NCBI RefSeq assembly: GCF_018350175.1
Contig: NC_058369.1
Location: forward strand, 21,640,001-21,704,000
Length of the DNA: 64,000 nucleotides
Origin: Felis catus
Lineage: Eukaryota
Direction: 5' to 3'
In this document: positions 26,298 through 39,049 of the stretch, piece after piece
Numbering within the stretch: position 1 is the first letter of the stretch
Layout: each line of letters begins with the position of its first letter
The notes under the pieces: model-generated
Database searches by the model: none
Told to the model about the DNA's origin: nothing
What the model saw: the letters and a program-made list of their open reading frames with translations, nothing else
Made by a program: the position numbers and the translations under genes

Positions 26298-26572
26298 AGA
26301 GCACGGCTGACCAGTGGAAATATAATGCAGGCTATATATATAATTTTAAATTTTACAGCAGCCACAGTGAACAGTAAAAGGGAAATAAAATTATTTCAAT
26401 ATATTTTACTTAGCCCAAAATATTGTCATTTCAACATGTAAAAAAATATTAGAGGCATTTCATATTATCTTTTTCATACTAAGTCTTTGAAATCCAGCGC
26501 TTATGGTGTGCTTACGGCCCATCTCGATGTCCAGGGTAGCTGGTGGCTACCATTCAGGACAGAGGAAGTCTA
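26298..26572. mobile_element. MER33-like hAT-Charlie MITE
   Basis: gaaatataatgcagg...aattttaaatttt..agcagccaca...catactaagtctttgaaatccag...gtggctacc. Confidence 0.7.
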
Positions 26573-26815
26573 GAGCATCCCTTAAAAACGAAGGTCATTT
26601 TCAGGCTTCAAATATCTTCACTCCTTGTTTTCAGAGCGTTTCTTCTAGACACTGTGAGGACAAGCCTGAATCTCCCAAGCCACGCTGTCCTCAGAGCATC
26701 ACTGGACCTGGAGCAGATGCCATGGGGAGCACTAACCCAGGAGTAAATCTTCCCCAGTGTCAAGGAAATTGGGCATCTCCTTTCCCGAGAGCAAAGAGCG
26801 CCAGAGTACCTACCA

Positions 26816-26830
26816 CCACTAGGGGGCACT
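26816..26830 (+). promoter_or_regulatory. CTCF consensus motif in RFT1 intron 6
   Basis: CCACTAGGGGGCACT, preceded by CAGAGTACC resembling the CTCF upstream module. Confidence 0.65.
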
Positions 26831-27082
26831 GTGAGCCACATCATCGCCAGCACCGATCCCTCCCTTAGCTCCAGGGGAGCCGTGGGCAGCTCGCCTGCAC
26901 CCCAATGCCAAGTGGTCCTTTTTGGCTGGGTGGGGGGTGGGGGGTGCTGCACAGCAGTGCCTGAGCTCTTTTCAAAGGAAATGAACAGTTACAGCTGCCC
27001 ATGGGGCTTTTGTGAAGCCTACTTGCCAGGAGGTTGTAAATGGGGTTGGGAAGATGACTGAACTCTAAAAGATTATTTACCA

Positions 27083-27296
27083 GGGGCACCTGGGTGGCTC
27101 AGTTGGTTAAGTGTCCAACTTCTGCTCAGGTCATGATCTCACAGTTCCTGGGTTCAAACCCCACATCGGGCTTGCTGCTGACAGCTCAGAGGCTGGAGCA
27201 TGCTTCTGATTCTGTGTGTGTGTCTCTCTCTCTGCTCCTCTCCTACTCATGCTCTGTCTCTCTCTCTCTCTCTCAAAAATAAACATTAAAAAAAAA
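27083..27296 (+). mobile_element. Can-SINE
   Basis: TSD aaaagatt(a/g)tttacca. Confidence 0.92.
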
Positions 27297-29329
27297 AAAA
27301 GATTGTTTACCAGAGTGAAATCTTGACAGTGTATTTGACCTGAAAGCTCACACGTGAGCATTCCATTCTCCTAATGCCTTCAATTTAAGTGGACCCACAG
27401 TTTAGAAGGAATGGTCACGCTGCTTACTATCTCCAAAATGCTCATTCAGGACATAGAGGCAGGAAGTCTGATCAAAGACTGGATTTTTCTCAGTGGTCTC
27501 TGCTGAGAAGAAGAAGTGGGAGAAAAGAAGCAGCACATTCTTTGGGCTTTTACTATTTTGTTTAGGATGGATATGTCACTTGGCAGGAGGTCAAAGAGGC
27601 CTATTTCACAAGAGCTAGGTTGGTACTGCTTAGCTGGTCTACGTGGCTGTGCATTTCTCTGGAATCCCCTGACCAACAAGCCATTCCATTGCCTCCTGTA
27701 CTGATGGAGAAATAGAGGCGTGGATGGCAAAAGGTAATGGGCAGAACCACAGGGGAATGTCTGCAATCTGAACTTGGGGGCTCACAAAGCTTTAATATGA
27801 GTCACTCTTCCCCTTTCCAAACTCTCCTGCCTTAGGACGGTCCAGAAGCCACGTGCCTCCCACACTGACAACAGTCACCAGGGAGTCTGCAGCCACGGTC
27901 TAGTCTCCATATCACCTCCACATCCCACACAGTACCCCTTCCTCTCCCTCTTGCTCTGGGCCTATGGCCTCTGCCCCAGCTGTGTTCACGCTCACATGTC
28001 CTCTGACTGTCCTCATCACTTCTCATCTGGACTGCCTCCTCATGAGCTTCTTCACTTCCAGCCTCTTCTCTAGCTCATCCTGCTGGAAGGGTTCAGGCTT
28101 TGGAGTCAAGCTCACAGACTGAGGCTCAAACTGCAGCTCCCAACTTCTTAGTGCTAAGCCTCAGTTTTCTCATATGCAAAATGGGATAAGGAGTCTATCT
28201 CCTGGTATGAGGACTGAATGAGAGAAAACAAGACACTTGATAAATCTGAAACAGATGGTAAGTGCCTCGACACAGGCACCTGGATCACAGCTCTGTTCAC
28301 AAACCTTTCATTAGGCTCCGCTGCCCCCGAATCAAGCCCACGCTCCACAGCACCAAGGCCACCTCTACCTGGCCTTAGCCCAGCAGGCCATAAACTCCTT
28401 CCACCTTGTTTCCTCTCCCCTCCGCCACTGTTCAGCCAACCTAAGTACCCCAGTCATCTCTGCAATCCCAGTGCCAACACAGTGATGGGCAGATAATGGG
28501 GCCCAAGCAAACGTCTTCTTCCCGCAGCCACAGGTGAGCATTTCTACCACACATGCCCATTCACCTCTGTCCACCCATGTGTCAAGGCCCAGTTCAAAAG
28601 TAGCTTCCTCCAAGAAGCCTTCCTCAATGCTGCTGCATGAATTCATCAGTCCCTTCCTTGTGCTTCTATTTTGTCAACACTACACACACACACTGTCTTG
28701 CAATGGTTAGTTCAATACACATCTTACCTCCCCATCACAATGCAAGTTCTGAGGGCAGGGACCCCACTCAGGGCACCTGGTACAGTGCTTAACACAGAAT
28801 ACTGCTTATGACATGCTTGCTGTGTTAAATGCCTCAGCTTTACTTAAATATTAGCAGATCTCTCATATGAAATCACTCAGAAGTGTCAAAAAATAGAAAA
28901 GATCTAAAAGCAGCCATTATTTGAAGTATCACTTATTTATTTTAAGGCTAAGTAAGTCTCTTTTTCAGAAGATGGAATTCTACAAGTACAGGAAATAAAT
29001 CTCCCATTTTGGCCAAATTGATTTTGAATAGAACTGACCAGCTCTCTATGTGGGAACCCCCAGTGCAGAAAACTGCTCCCAAGGGTCAAGGTAGGTACAT
29101 GCTGCTGGTGGTAAAGCCATCCACTGCATTCAGATGCAGCTCATTTCTTTTCTCTTAAAACAAAACAAAAAAAAAACCACAACTTGAATAATGAATTGTT
29201 CTACCTAGAACTTCCCAATTGTTAAGTCAACAAATAACTACTTTGGGCAATAAGCCAATTTCTTCTGGAAGACTACACAGCAGGGAGATTAAAAACACAG
29301 ACTAAGATTAGTTCACAGATACAAGTTAG

Positions 29330-29525
29330 AGAGAAGTGGGTCCAAATTCAGATGTGGCATTTTGGTTTGGTCAGTTAACTACTCTGAACCTCAGTTTTCT
29401 CATCTGTGAAATGGAGACAATATCTCATAAGGTTATTACTATGAGGTTTAAGCACATGAGTCCATGTAAAGTGCTTAGCAGAGTGCCACTCACAGAGTAA
29501 GCATGCAGTCAGTGGCAGTTATTAT
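29330..29525. mobile_element. MIR (representative of many copies, e.g. near 1780-1950, 28090-28270, 37680-37900, 43480-44320, 49320-49540, 50820-51070, 51660-51850, 53330-53500, 55380-55640, 56230-56390)
   Basis: MIR core ctctgaacctcagttttctcatctgtgaaatggag...gtaaagtgcttagcagagtgcc. Confidence 0.75.
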
Positions 29526-29633
29526 AAATGGTTCTTTGTTGAAGTTCAAATACTTTCACAATTCCTTAAGTCTTCAAAGGGGCCTCACAGGTGGTGCAGA
29601 CTAATTATCTCACCTTAAAAATAAGGCCCCTTT

Positions 29634-29863
29634 GGGGAGCCTGGGTGGCTCAGTCAGCTGAGTGTCAGACTTCGGCTCAGGTCATGATCTCATGATTAGT
29701 GGGTTCAAGCCCTACATCGGGCTCTGTGCTGACAGCTCAGAGCCTGGAGCCTGCTTAGGATTCTGTGTCTCCCTCTCTCTCTCTGCCCCTCCCCCACTCA
29801 TGCTCACTCATGCGCTCTCTCTCCCTCTCTCTCTCTCAAAAATAAATAAATCATTAAAAAAAG
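29634..29863 (+). mobile_element. Can-SINE
   Basis: TSD aaaataagg(c/a)ccc. Confidence 0.92.
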
Positions 29864-31420
29864 AAAATAAGGACCCTGAGGTCTGGAGAGAGTGATGCAG
29901 GCTTCATATCAGCACTTACTGCCTCCCAAAAGCACAGGAAGCTCCCTGAGGCCCAGCAATCACCTTACGTATCTGTATCCCAGACAGCACCTGGCAAAGG
30001 GCTGTGCTCTGACTGTCAGCAGGAATGGCCCACTGTGTGTAACAGGTACACATACCTTCTCATGGTCAAGACTTCTGTCCCAGAAATATGAGCCTGGGTG
30101 CCTTCAGGACGGAGTGCCAGATCAAACCACTGGGTTCCTGCCCCGATGCCACCAGTGGCTGCTTTGCTAGGATGTGCCGGTGGAGCTATCCCTACTGAGA
30201 GCAGCAGCGGCATGGGGGGCGGGGGCATGGTATCAGCTGTCACTTATGGACACCCACCTGTGCCAGCCATGGTGTTAAGTATTCAGATGCCCCATCTCAT
30301 CCCGTTCCTACAAGCACCTTAGGAGAAAGGTACTTTTAGTATCCCCATTTGACAGACAAGTAAACTGCAGCTCAGAGTTGTATGCCCACCACAGAATTAA
30401 ATACACACTGAGGCTCTTTTCATTACCCTCTCCTTGCCTGTGTTAATAGTCCAAATGCTCTTTTCCAAAATACTGCCAGGCCCAGGGGCTGGCCCGGTAT
30501 GAAAAGTTGCTCTGTGGGTAGATGGCAGAAGCTCTACGCAGGAGAAGCGATCCCAAGTCCTTATCCTCCAAGTCTGCAGATGAGGCAGCATGGTATCTCA
30601 AAACTGCCATGCTGATTTAGGCTAAAGGTGAGATCTGTGTGATCGGAATGGAGAACGCTTATCTAACAAATGAGAACATATCTGGCTTCGTTACATAACA
30701 TCTGGTCTTTCTTGAAAAGCTGTCTAACAGGATTCCATAAGTTCTGAGACTTATATCTCAAATACTTTCCTACTTTCTCAAGTAATCACAAAAAAGGAAT
30801 AAGGAGAAGTCCAGCTGAAGCCTCACCTCCACTATGTGCACCACATGTGGACGGCAAACAAGTATGGGAAAAGGGAAAGTGAGTCGGCCCAGTTCACAAA
30901 GCATCTGAGCAGAGGCAACGTGGCATAACATCACGTGTACCACGCCGGGGCCACAGGCAGCAGTGACCCCACCAGAGTCAGGAAATAAAAGTCAAATGGA
31001 CCGAGAGCTGGAGAGTTCAGAAGAAAAAGGTTATTCCTCGCTCCCACACATCAGCAGCTAGAATCCTTAGTGGTCTACGTGGGAAAGTGGGTCACTGGAG
31101 AGACTGGCCTGACACTAGGTAATGGAGCTCTGGAGGGGTCACCCTGCTTTGTCAGCAAGCTGGACCATCTGCGCTGAAAGGCAGTCCTGAGAAAAACCAA
31201 GACACAGCAAAACAGAGAGTGGCCCGCGGTGGTTACAGCCTGTGCTCTGTGGCGATTCAAGCCACTCCAGGCCCCTGCCCTCACTCTGACCCTCACCTCG
31301 GGCAGATATTTAGTCTCTAAGCCTCAGTTCCTTAACCCTAAAATTGCAATAATAATGTGAGGCTCACAGAGTTGGTATAAGCATTAAATAAGGCACGAAA
31401 GCACCCAGCATAGGAGCTAG

Positions 31421-31634
31421 CAAAGCGGTCCTCGAGGGGGGCAGTTTTATCCCCCAGGGGACATTTGTGTCTGGAGACATTTTTGGTTACTACAGCTGAG
31501 AGGTGGTAGCTACTGGCAACTACTGGGTTAAGATCAAGAATGATGCTAAACATCCTACAATCTACAAGACAGCCCCCTACAACAAAGAATTATCTAGCCC
31601 AAAATGTCAACAATGTCAAGGCTGAGAAACCTTG
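31421..31634. mobile_element. MER20 hAT-Charlie MITE inserted into a MIR
   Basis: cccccaggggacattt..tgtctggagacatttttggtt...gatgctaaacatcctacaat...caaagaattatctagcccaaaatgtcaa...ggctgagaaacc. Confidence 0.85.
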
Positions 31635-31781
31635 GCCTAGCACTTAGCGAGCACTCAATAAATATAAGCTATGGAACTATCCTTGCTATTATAGCAATAA
31701 ACAAGAAAGTAATAGTTTCTTCCTTTCAAGGATAATCAGGATCTGTGATTAAAATGACAAGAGATAGAATGTATTACTTAC

Positions 31782-31919
31782 TCTACTTCTTGTAATACTG
31801 GGTAACATATCTGTCATTCTGGAGACAGGAAGAGTCTGTTGCTTGGTTGATTCTGAGGAGCCCAATAACTTTGTGAAATAAATAACATAGCAGAGCACCA
31901 GAACTGCAGTATAGAAAAG
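31782..31919 (-). CDS. RFT1: RFT1 exon 6 ([46 protein letters not shown])
   Basis: Acceptor ttttttcag|CTT, donor AGA|gtaagt; 138 nt. Confidence 0.97.
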
Positions 31920-32020
31920 CTGAAAAAAGAAAATAATGGATTTAAATTGCACAGTTTTAATATAGGCAGAATTAAGATATAACTATGAATTTGACCTCAA
32001 AGGCCAATCAAGAAATGGCT

Positions 32021-32178
32021 TGTGGTGCCTGGGTGGCTCAGTTGGTTAAGCATCCGACTCTTGATTTTGGCTCAGGTCATGATCTCACAGTTCGTGAATT
32101 TGAGCCCTGAGTCAGGCTCTGTGCTGATGGTGCAGAGCCGGTTGGGATTCTCTCTCTCTCCCTCTCTCTGCCCTTCCT

Positions 32179-32220
<42 letters not shown>

Positions 32221-32254
32221 ATCAATCAATCAATCAGTCAATCTTAAAAAAAAA
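32021..32254 (+). mobile_element. Can-SINE with expanded (CT)n and (ATCA)n tail
   Basis: Head gtgcctgggtggctcagttggttaag; about 100 nt from the exon 6 acceptor. Confidence 0.9.
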
Positions 32255-33783
32255 GAGAAATAGAACCGTCTTTATTAACTGTACCTTCTAGCGAGCAATG
32301 CCCCACCCTCTGGAAAAGAGCACTACTCACTAAAAGCCAGCTCTGCTGGGGCATCTCTGGGAAAAGTGCTCCAAACCCTTGACCTGACTAGGAGAACAGT
32401 GCTTCCAGGCAGGCAGAACATAATTTCCATGACAGACAGCCCATAGTGTCACCACCACAGTAATGTCACATATGTTCTCAAAATGTTTGTAGTTGGCCAA
32501 AGGAACGAGTCTCCCGCCTAGACAGCACACCGTGAGGACCCATATGTACTGTGCTAATATCTGGGGACTTGCCATCATCTAGGATGGGGGCTTTTCCATA
32601 AACCCAGGAAGCCTGTCACACTGTGATTACAAAGCAGAAATAAGCTGTTGGCTCCCTCCTCTCAGCCCACTGTGTGGGCAAGGCAAGAGCTACTACAGGA
32701 CAGGGGAGGGAGTCAGGAGGGCCCACCCTTCCCTCCACTCACCCAGGACAAAAGGGTGGCTTTTGGCCAGGAGCGGCAGCCTGGGGTTTTGTTTGCAGGT
32801 TGGGAGGAGTATCCAAACAGCCCCTTTCACAAGCTCTCTTCTTCCTTCTCTCCCCCCTGGGAACAGCAATGTGCACTAGCTCAGGAAGGAACAGGACCTC
32901 CAGGCCCCACTTTCAATCTGGTAACGTCAGGCCTGCTCCTGTGGCAAAGGCACAGAGCAAGGAGAAAGGGGAGTCTTGTCTAGTGGGTTCAGGCTCCTCA
33001 GCTCTCCACCGTTATCCATGCCTGAGGACAGAGCCCGCCATCCACCATCCTTCTTTCATGCCTCAAGCCCTCTGAGACACAGCAGCTCTGCTGTGAGCCA
33101 TAGCACCAGATGCAACATCTTCTGTGACAAGAGGACCGGTTCCCTACCTCCCTTCATCTTCCCACAGAGCAGCGCCTGGGGGCAGTAACAACCTGTGAGT
33201 AGTCTTCATGCACTGAATCCCAACTACATGATCCTTCCCTCTTTTTATTGGGAAAAATTCACATAACATGATGTTGACTATTTTAACTATTTTAAAACAT
33301 ACAATTCAGTGGCTTTTCGTACATTCACAGTGCTGTACAACCATCACCACTATTTCATTCCAGAACATTTCCATCACTCCAAAAGGCAATTCTGTGCCCA
33401 TTAAACAGTCACTTTCTACTCCTCTGTCCCTGGCAATCAAATTCTGCTTTGTCTCTATGGACTTGCCTATTCTGGACATTTTATATTAATGGAATCACAC
33501 AATAGGTGGCCTTTTGTGTCTGGCTTTGTTCACTTGGTATCATGTTTTCAAAGTTCATGGTGTCGTGGCACATCATCATTTTTATGGCTGAGTAATATTC
33601 CATGGCATAGATATGCCACATTTTGTTTATCCTTTCATCAGTTGATGGACATCTGGTTCTTTCCTCCTTTTGGCTATGGCGAATAGTGTTGCTGTGTACA
33701 AGTTGTTTGAACTCATGCTTTCATTCTTTTGGGTATATACCTAGGAGTGCAATTGCTGGGCATACATCAGTTCTACATTTAAC

Positions 33784-33981
33784 TTTTTTTTTTTTAATGT
33801 TTATTTTTGACAGAGAGAGAGAGAGAGAGAGAGAGCGAGCGCACAAGCAGGGGAGGGGCAGAGAGACAGGGGGACAGAGGATCTGAAGTGGGCTCTGTGC
33901 TGACAGCAGAGGGCTCGATGCGGGAGATCATGACCTGAGCCAAAGTCCAACACTTAACCAACTGAACCACCCAGGCACCCC
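33784..33981 (-). mobile_element. Can-SINE nested in L1
   Basis: T tail, (GA)n tract, reverse head ccaggcacccc. Confidence 0.9.
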
Positions 33982-34285
33982 TACGTTTGAACCTTCTGAG
34001 GAACTGCCAAACTGTTTTCCACAGTGGCTGCACCATTTTATAGTCCCACCAGCAATGTATGAGGGTTCCAATTTCTCCATATCCTCAGCAACACTTGCTA
34101 TTTTCTGGGTTTTACTTTTATTTTTTGATAACAGCCATCCTAATTGGTATAAAGTTATCTCATTGTTTTTAATTCACATTTGCCTAATGACTGATGATAT
34201 TAAGCATCTTTTCATGTGCTTATTGGCTATTTATTTGCATATCTTCTTTGGAAAAATGTTTATTCAGGTCCTTTACCCCCTTTTA

Positions 34286-34673
34286 TTATTTATTTATTTT
34301 ATTATTTTTTTCATATGGAATTTATTGTCAAATTGGTTCCCATACAACACCCAGTGCTGATCCCAACAGGTGCCCTCCTCAATGCCCATCACCCACATCC
34401 CCCTCCCTCCCACCTCCCATCAACCCTCAGTTTATTCTCAGTTTTTAAGAGTCTCTTATGGTTTGCCTCCTTCCCTCTCTGTAACTTTTTTTTCCCCTTC
34501 CCCTCCCCCATGGTCTTCTGTTAAGTTTCTCAGGATCCACATAAGAGTGAAAACATATGGTCTCTGTCTTTCTCTGTATGACTTATGTCACTTAGCATAA
34601 CACTCTCCAGTTCCCTCCACGTTGCTACAAAAGGCCATGTTTCATTCTTTCTCATTGACAAGTAGTATTCCAT
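34286..34673 (-). mobile_element. Younger carnivore L1 3' end nested in older L1
   Basis: Encodes the ORF2 tail-like WPFVATWRELESVMLSDISHTEKDRDHMFSLLCGS; TSD tcctttaccc(c/a)ctttta. Confidence 0.85.
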
Positions 34674-35962
34674 TCCTTTACCCACTTTTAGGGTAGTCTG
34701 TCTTTTTGTTGTTGAGTTGTAAGAATTCTTTATATATTCTAAAGATGAGGTATTTGATATATGATGGGGTAAGGAGCTGTTTAAGGAGGAACCTGGAAGT
34801 GCGTTGGACAAAGGAGAATCCCAGAGCCCTGGGCAGGGATCGCCTGCTGATATGAGGTGCTGATGGCCCTCAGGCCTCTCACACAGACACTGACAGAGAA
34901 TGTACCAGAGAAGAGCTCTCTGAAGTCTTATAATAAGTAAGCAAATAAACTTAGAATGGGCCTTGCTGACCTATGATGTATCCTGAGTGGGAGCTAGGAC
35001 CATCAGAAAGTCATAATGCAAGCGCCTTTCCCAAGAAGGGCCAACCAATAACTGGGCATCTCCATGGCCTCCTGTTCTATTAGGAAGAATATATCAAAAA
35101 CATGATGAATGCAGAGTACTGTAATCCCAGATCTAATAAAACATGGCAAAAATAATCACAAATAACTTCTCTAAAATATGCAACTGTTTGCAAACTACTT
35201 TTGGGAGGTAATTGTCATTCTTATAATATTATTTTTAAATCTACTTTTACTGTGTTCACAAATACATTTGCGGTTTTTGCTTAGGACACAGGAAAGACTT
35301 TCACTAAAACTGTGACTAAGAATTTTAATTTACCTTCCTATACATTAAGAAATATTACAAACTGCTTTGCCCTATAAGATGTTCTGATATCTATCTGATC
35401 TTAGGTTTCGTTTTTAAAATGGGCACTATACCCTAGTCGTACTTTTATTCAAGCTACAGATATGAACTAGAACTAGAAACTGGGATGGCAACGAGGCCGG
35501 AGCTGCTGAAAGTGAGAGCGCGCCTGCTAAGACTCAATTCATGTGCTCTGCATTGTGTGAGATTTCAATGCAAGTTTCAAACAGGCTTGGCAGAGTTTCT
35601 TCCTATCCTGAGAACAACTGATTAAAATCCAGGGAAAAAAAACACACATGCAATTTGGTTCTCACCCCACTCCCTCACTGCTTTTCTCCCTCCTCCATGA
35701 GACAGTAAGACAATCAAAGGTGAGTTTGGTATGGGCTCGCCCACAGAACATCTAAAGGAGTTGTTATGTTGGACAATGAGGCCGAGTGCTGGGCCTTCAC
35801 CGGGCCCCTGGGGATATCAGTAGCATCAGCACGTGGTGTAGAGTGGACAGCCAAAGGAAAAGAACTGGCACGACCATCTTACTAGAGCTTCCAGCCTGCC
35901 TCACATGCACGAATACTGCAAATGTAAACCACACAGTAACGGGAACAAGAAGAAAAAAATCA

Positions 35963-36409
<447 letters not shown>

Positions 36410-36588
36410 TTACGTTATTAAAAACTAAAGATGCACAGGAATGACAAATAGAAACCTGGGATAGTGGTTACCCCAGCAATGGGGGTGGGGCATGTGGTTA
36501 GACATAGCATGACAATGTTCTAGTTGGGCTGGGTGGTAAGTTCATAGATTTTCAGTATTATCATGATTTAAGATTTACACATACAGCA

Positions 36589-36780
36589 GGGTGCCTGGGT
36601 GGCTCAGTTGGTTAAGTGTCTGACTCTTGATTTCAGCTTAGGTCATGATCTCACGGTTTGTGAGTTCAAGCCCCGCACAGGGCTCTTTGCTTGGGATTCT
36701 CTCTCTCTGCCTCTCTCTGTCCCTCCCCAACTCACACTGTCCCTATTCTCTCAAAAATAAATAAATAACCTTAAAAAAAA
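36589..36780 (+). mobile_element. Can-SINE
   Basis: Exact 19-bp TSD aagatttacacatacagca. Confidence 0.92.
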
Positions 36781-37101
36781 AAGATTTACACATACAGCAT
36801 ATATTCTTTTGTACGTATTAAACAACAGATTTTAAAACACGAAAAATTAATATTAGCACACAATTAAATATAGAATCACTAGGAAAATCTGAAAAACCTT
36901 CACAGTCCTCTTAAATTCTTATCTAAGCTAATAACTTCCCTATTAGCAAACCTGTTTTTGCATTAATAGTATAGCATATGTAAACTTAAGCCCAGCCCAT
37001 CTGCCAAATTTCAAGGGAATGAATTAAACTGATCATGTTACCTTTTTCCAAATTTCTTTTTAAATGCAAATCTGAAAACAAATCATCACTCCTAGAAAAT
37101 C

Positions 37102-37317
37102 TTTTTTTTTTTTAATTTTTTTTTAACGTTTATTTATTTTTGAGACAGAGAGAGACAAAGCATGAACGGGGGAGGGGCAGAGAGAGAGGGAGACACAGAA
37201 CTGGAAGCAGGCTCCAGGCTCTGAGCCATCAGCCCAGAGCCCGACACGGGGCTCGAACTCACAGACCGCGAGATCGTGACCTGAGCTGAAGTCGGACGCT
37301 TAACCGACTGAGCCACC
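37102..37317 (-). mobile_element. Young SINEC_Fc-type Can-SINE, slightly 5'-truncated
   Basis: TSD ctagaaaatcttttt; lacks the first ~9 nt of the head; about 70 nt from the exon 4 donor. Confidence 0.93.
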
Positions 37318-37388
37318 CTAGAAAATCTTTTTAAGAAACCACTCTTTCCCTTCTTCGAATTTCCCATCAGAGCAGAAGGCATGCTGAC

Positions 37389-37578
37389 CTTGAGCTTGAC
37401 AAACATCTGTGCTTGTGCCAAGACCCAGAAGGGCTCTCCCAGAAGCTCCACCACAGCCGAAAGACCGAACAACACCACTCCACTTCCATAGTGGGGGACG
37501 GCATTAGGATCAGGCACTTCCAGCAACTGTAACCACACCCAGCCCAGGAGCAAGGACCAAAACATACCCAGGGGGACC
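37389..37578 (-). CDS. RFT1: RFT1 exon 4 ([30 protein letters not shown]...AQMFVKLK)
   Basis: Acceptor ttttctag|G, donor AAG|gtcagc; 190 nt; overlaps ORF-track entry 37134..37565. Confidence 0.97.
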
Positions 37579-38681
37579 CTAGAAAAAGAAAAAAAAATGT
37601 TTTTTTAATATGCTAAAAATAAAAAATATATATATTAAAATAGTAACATTAAACAGAAAAGAAATAGAATTTTAAAAATAGCTACCACTTATTAAGGCAC
37701 TTACTACATGCCAGGCACTCAGATCTACCCCTTTTACACAGACCCCTCACAATGATCCTGCTATTACCCCATTGAAATGATGGGGAAACTAAGGCTGATA
37801 AGCACTGGGGAATTTGGCCAAGGTCATGGACAATTAGCCAAGGGCAGAAGCAGGACCCAATCCCCATCTAACTCGTAAGTCTATGCTCCTATCCACAGTG
37901 TGACACTGACGAGATAAACAAAACTGGCAAGTATGTGCCTGTTGTTTGCACACAAATGACTAAAATATAGTATACAGTCAGTTCTTGCACCCAAATAAGC
38001 AACAGTCCAGTGCACGGTGTCCCCTAGCATGTGCACCACAGAGCACTTAAATATGACTGGGTAGCCAACAGTCATCCTCTAATAAAATGAACACCTGCCA
38101 GCCTCGTGACAGTCATTTCCATGAGGCAAGAAGGAGTTACGGAAGGCAGCACTGAGAAAAAACTTCAAGTACCAGCCCTCCCTGCAGGAATCTAACTGCA
38201 GAAAGGCCATTACAAGTTTTAGCTGATGTACTTGATCTTCAAGAATATTCTCAAGGGCTGAGAATTGAAATCAACATTACAAAATTGAAGAAAGATATAA
38301 TGAAAGCCCTAAAAGGCTTTCAAAGAATGCTAAGTGGTTGTTAAAAGCTCAGAAAAGACCACAGGGAGGGGGAAAGATTAGGACTAAAGAAGACGGCACA
38401 GGCCCACTGGGGCCCAGAGTGGGCATCAGGAATGGCAGAAACAACCTCCCAAGAGGGTAGAAACCTGGCCCTGAAGCCCCCACCCACATCCTCCTCCTGG
38501 CTCCTGGCCATCCAGAGAGGAAACAGTCAAGATGTTGGATGCCTTCTCCCTCCTGTCCCATGCCCAGCCAGGCCCCAGAAACCCAGGCTGGAGACAATTC
38601 AGCTTTGGGCAAGTGCTGCTGTTTAACTTACAACACTTACGACGCTTGCTTTTGCACGGTCTCCTGCCAAAGCACAACTCA

Positions 38682-38801
<120 letters not shown>

Positions 38802-38827
38802 TTAAAGGAAAAGCAGAAATCAATAAT

Positions 38828-39049
38828 GGGGGTGCCTGGGTGGCTCAGTAGGTTAACCTTCCGACTTCAGCTTGGGTTATGATTTCGTGGGTTGTGTGTT
38901 TGAGCCCTGAATCGGGCTCTGTGCTGACAGCTCAGAGCCTGGAGCCTGCTTAGGTTTCTCAGTCCCCCCGCCCCCCACTCACTCTGCCCCTCCCCCGCTC
39001 GCTCTTGTGCACTCTCTCTCTCAAAAATAAACAAACATTAACAAAAAAT
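38828..39049 (+). mobile_element. Can-SINE
   Basis: TSD aatcaata(a/g)t; head 28 nt from the exon 3 acceptor. Confidence 0.92.

Larger units (their letters stand above)
33240..34760 (-). mobile_element. Old L1 (L1M-type) 3' region with nested SINE and nested younger L1
   Basis: Antisense L1 3' UTR and ORF2 C-terminal remnants (ORF track MVQPLWKTVWQFL at 33794..34036). Confidence 0.85.
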
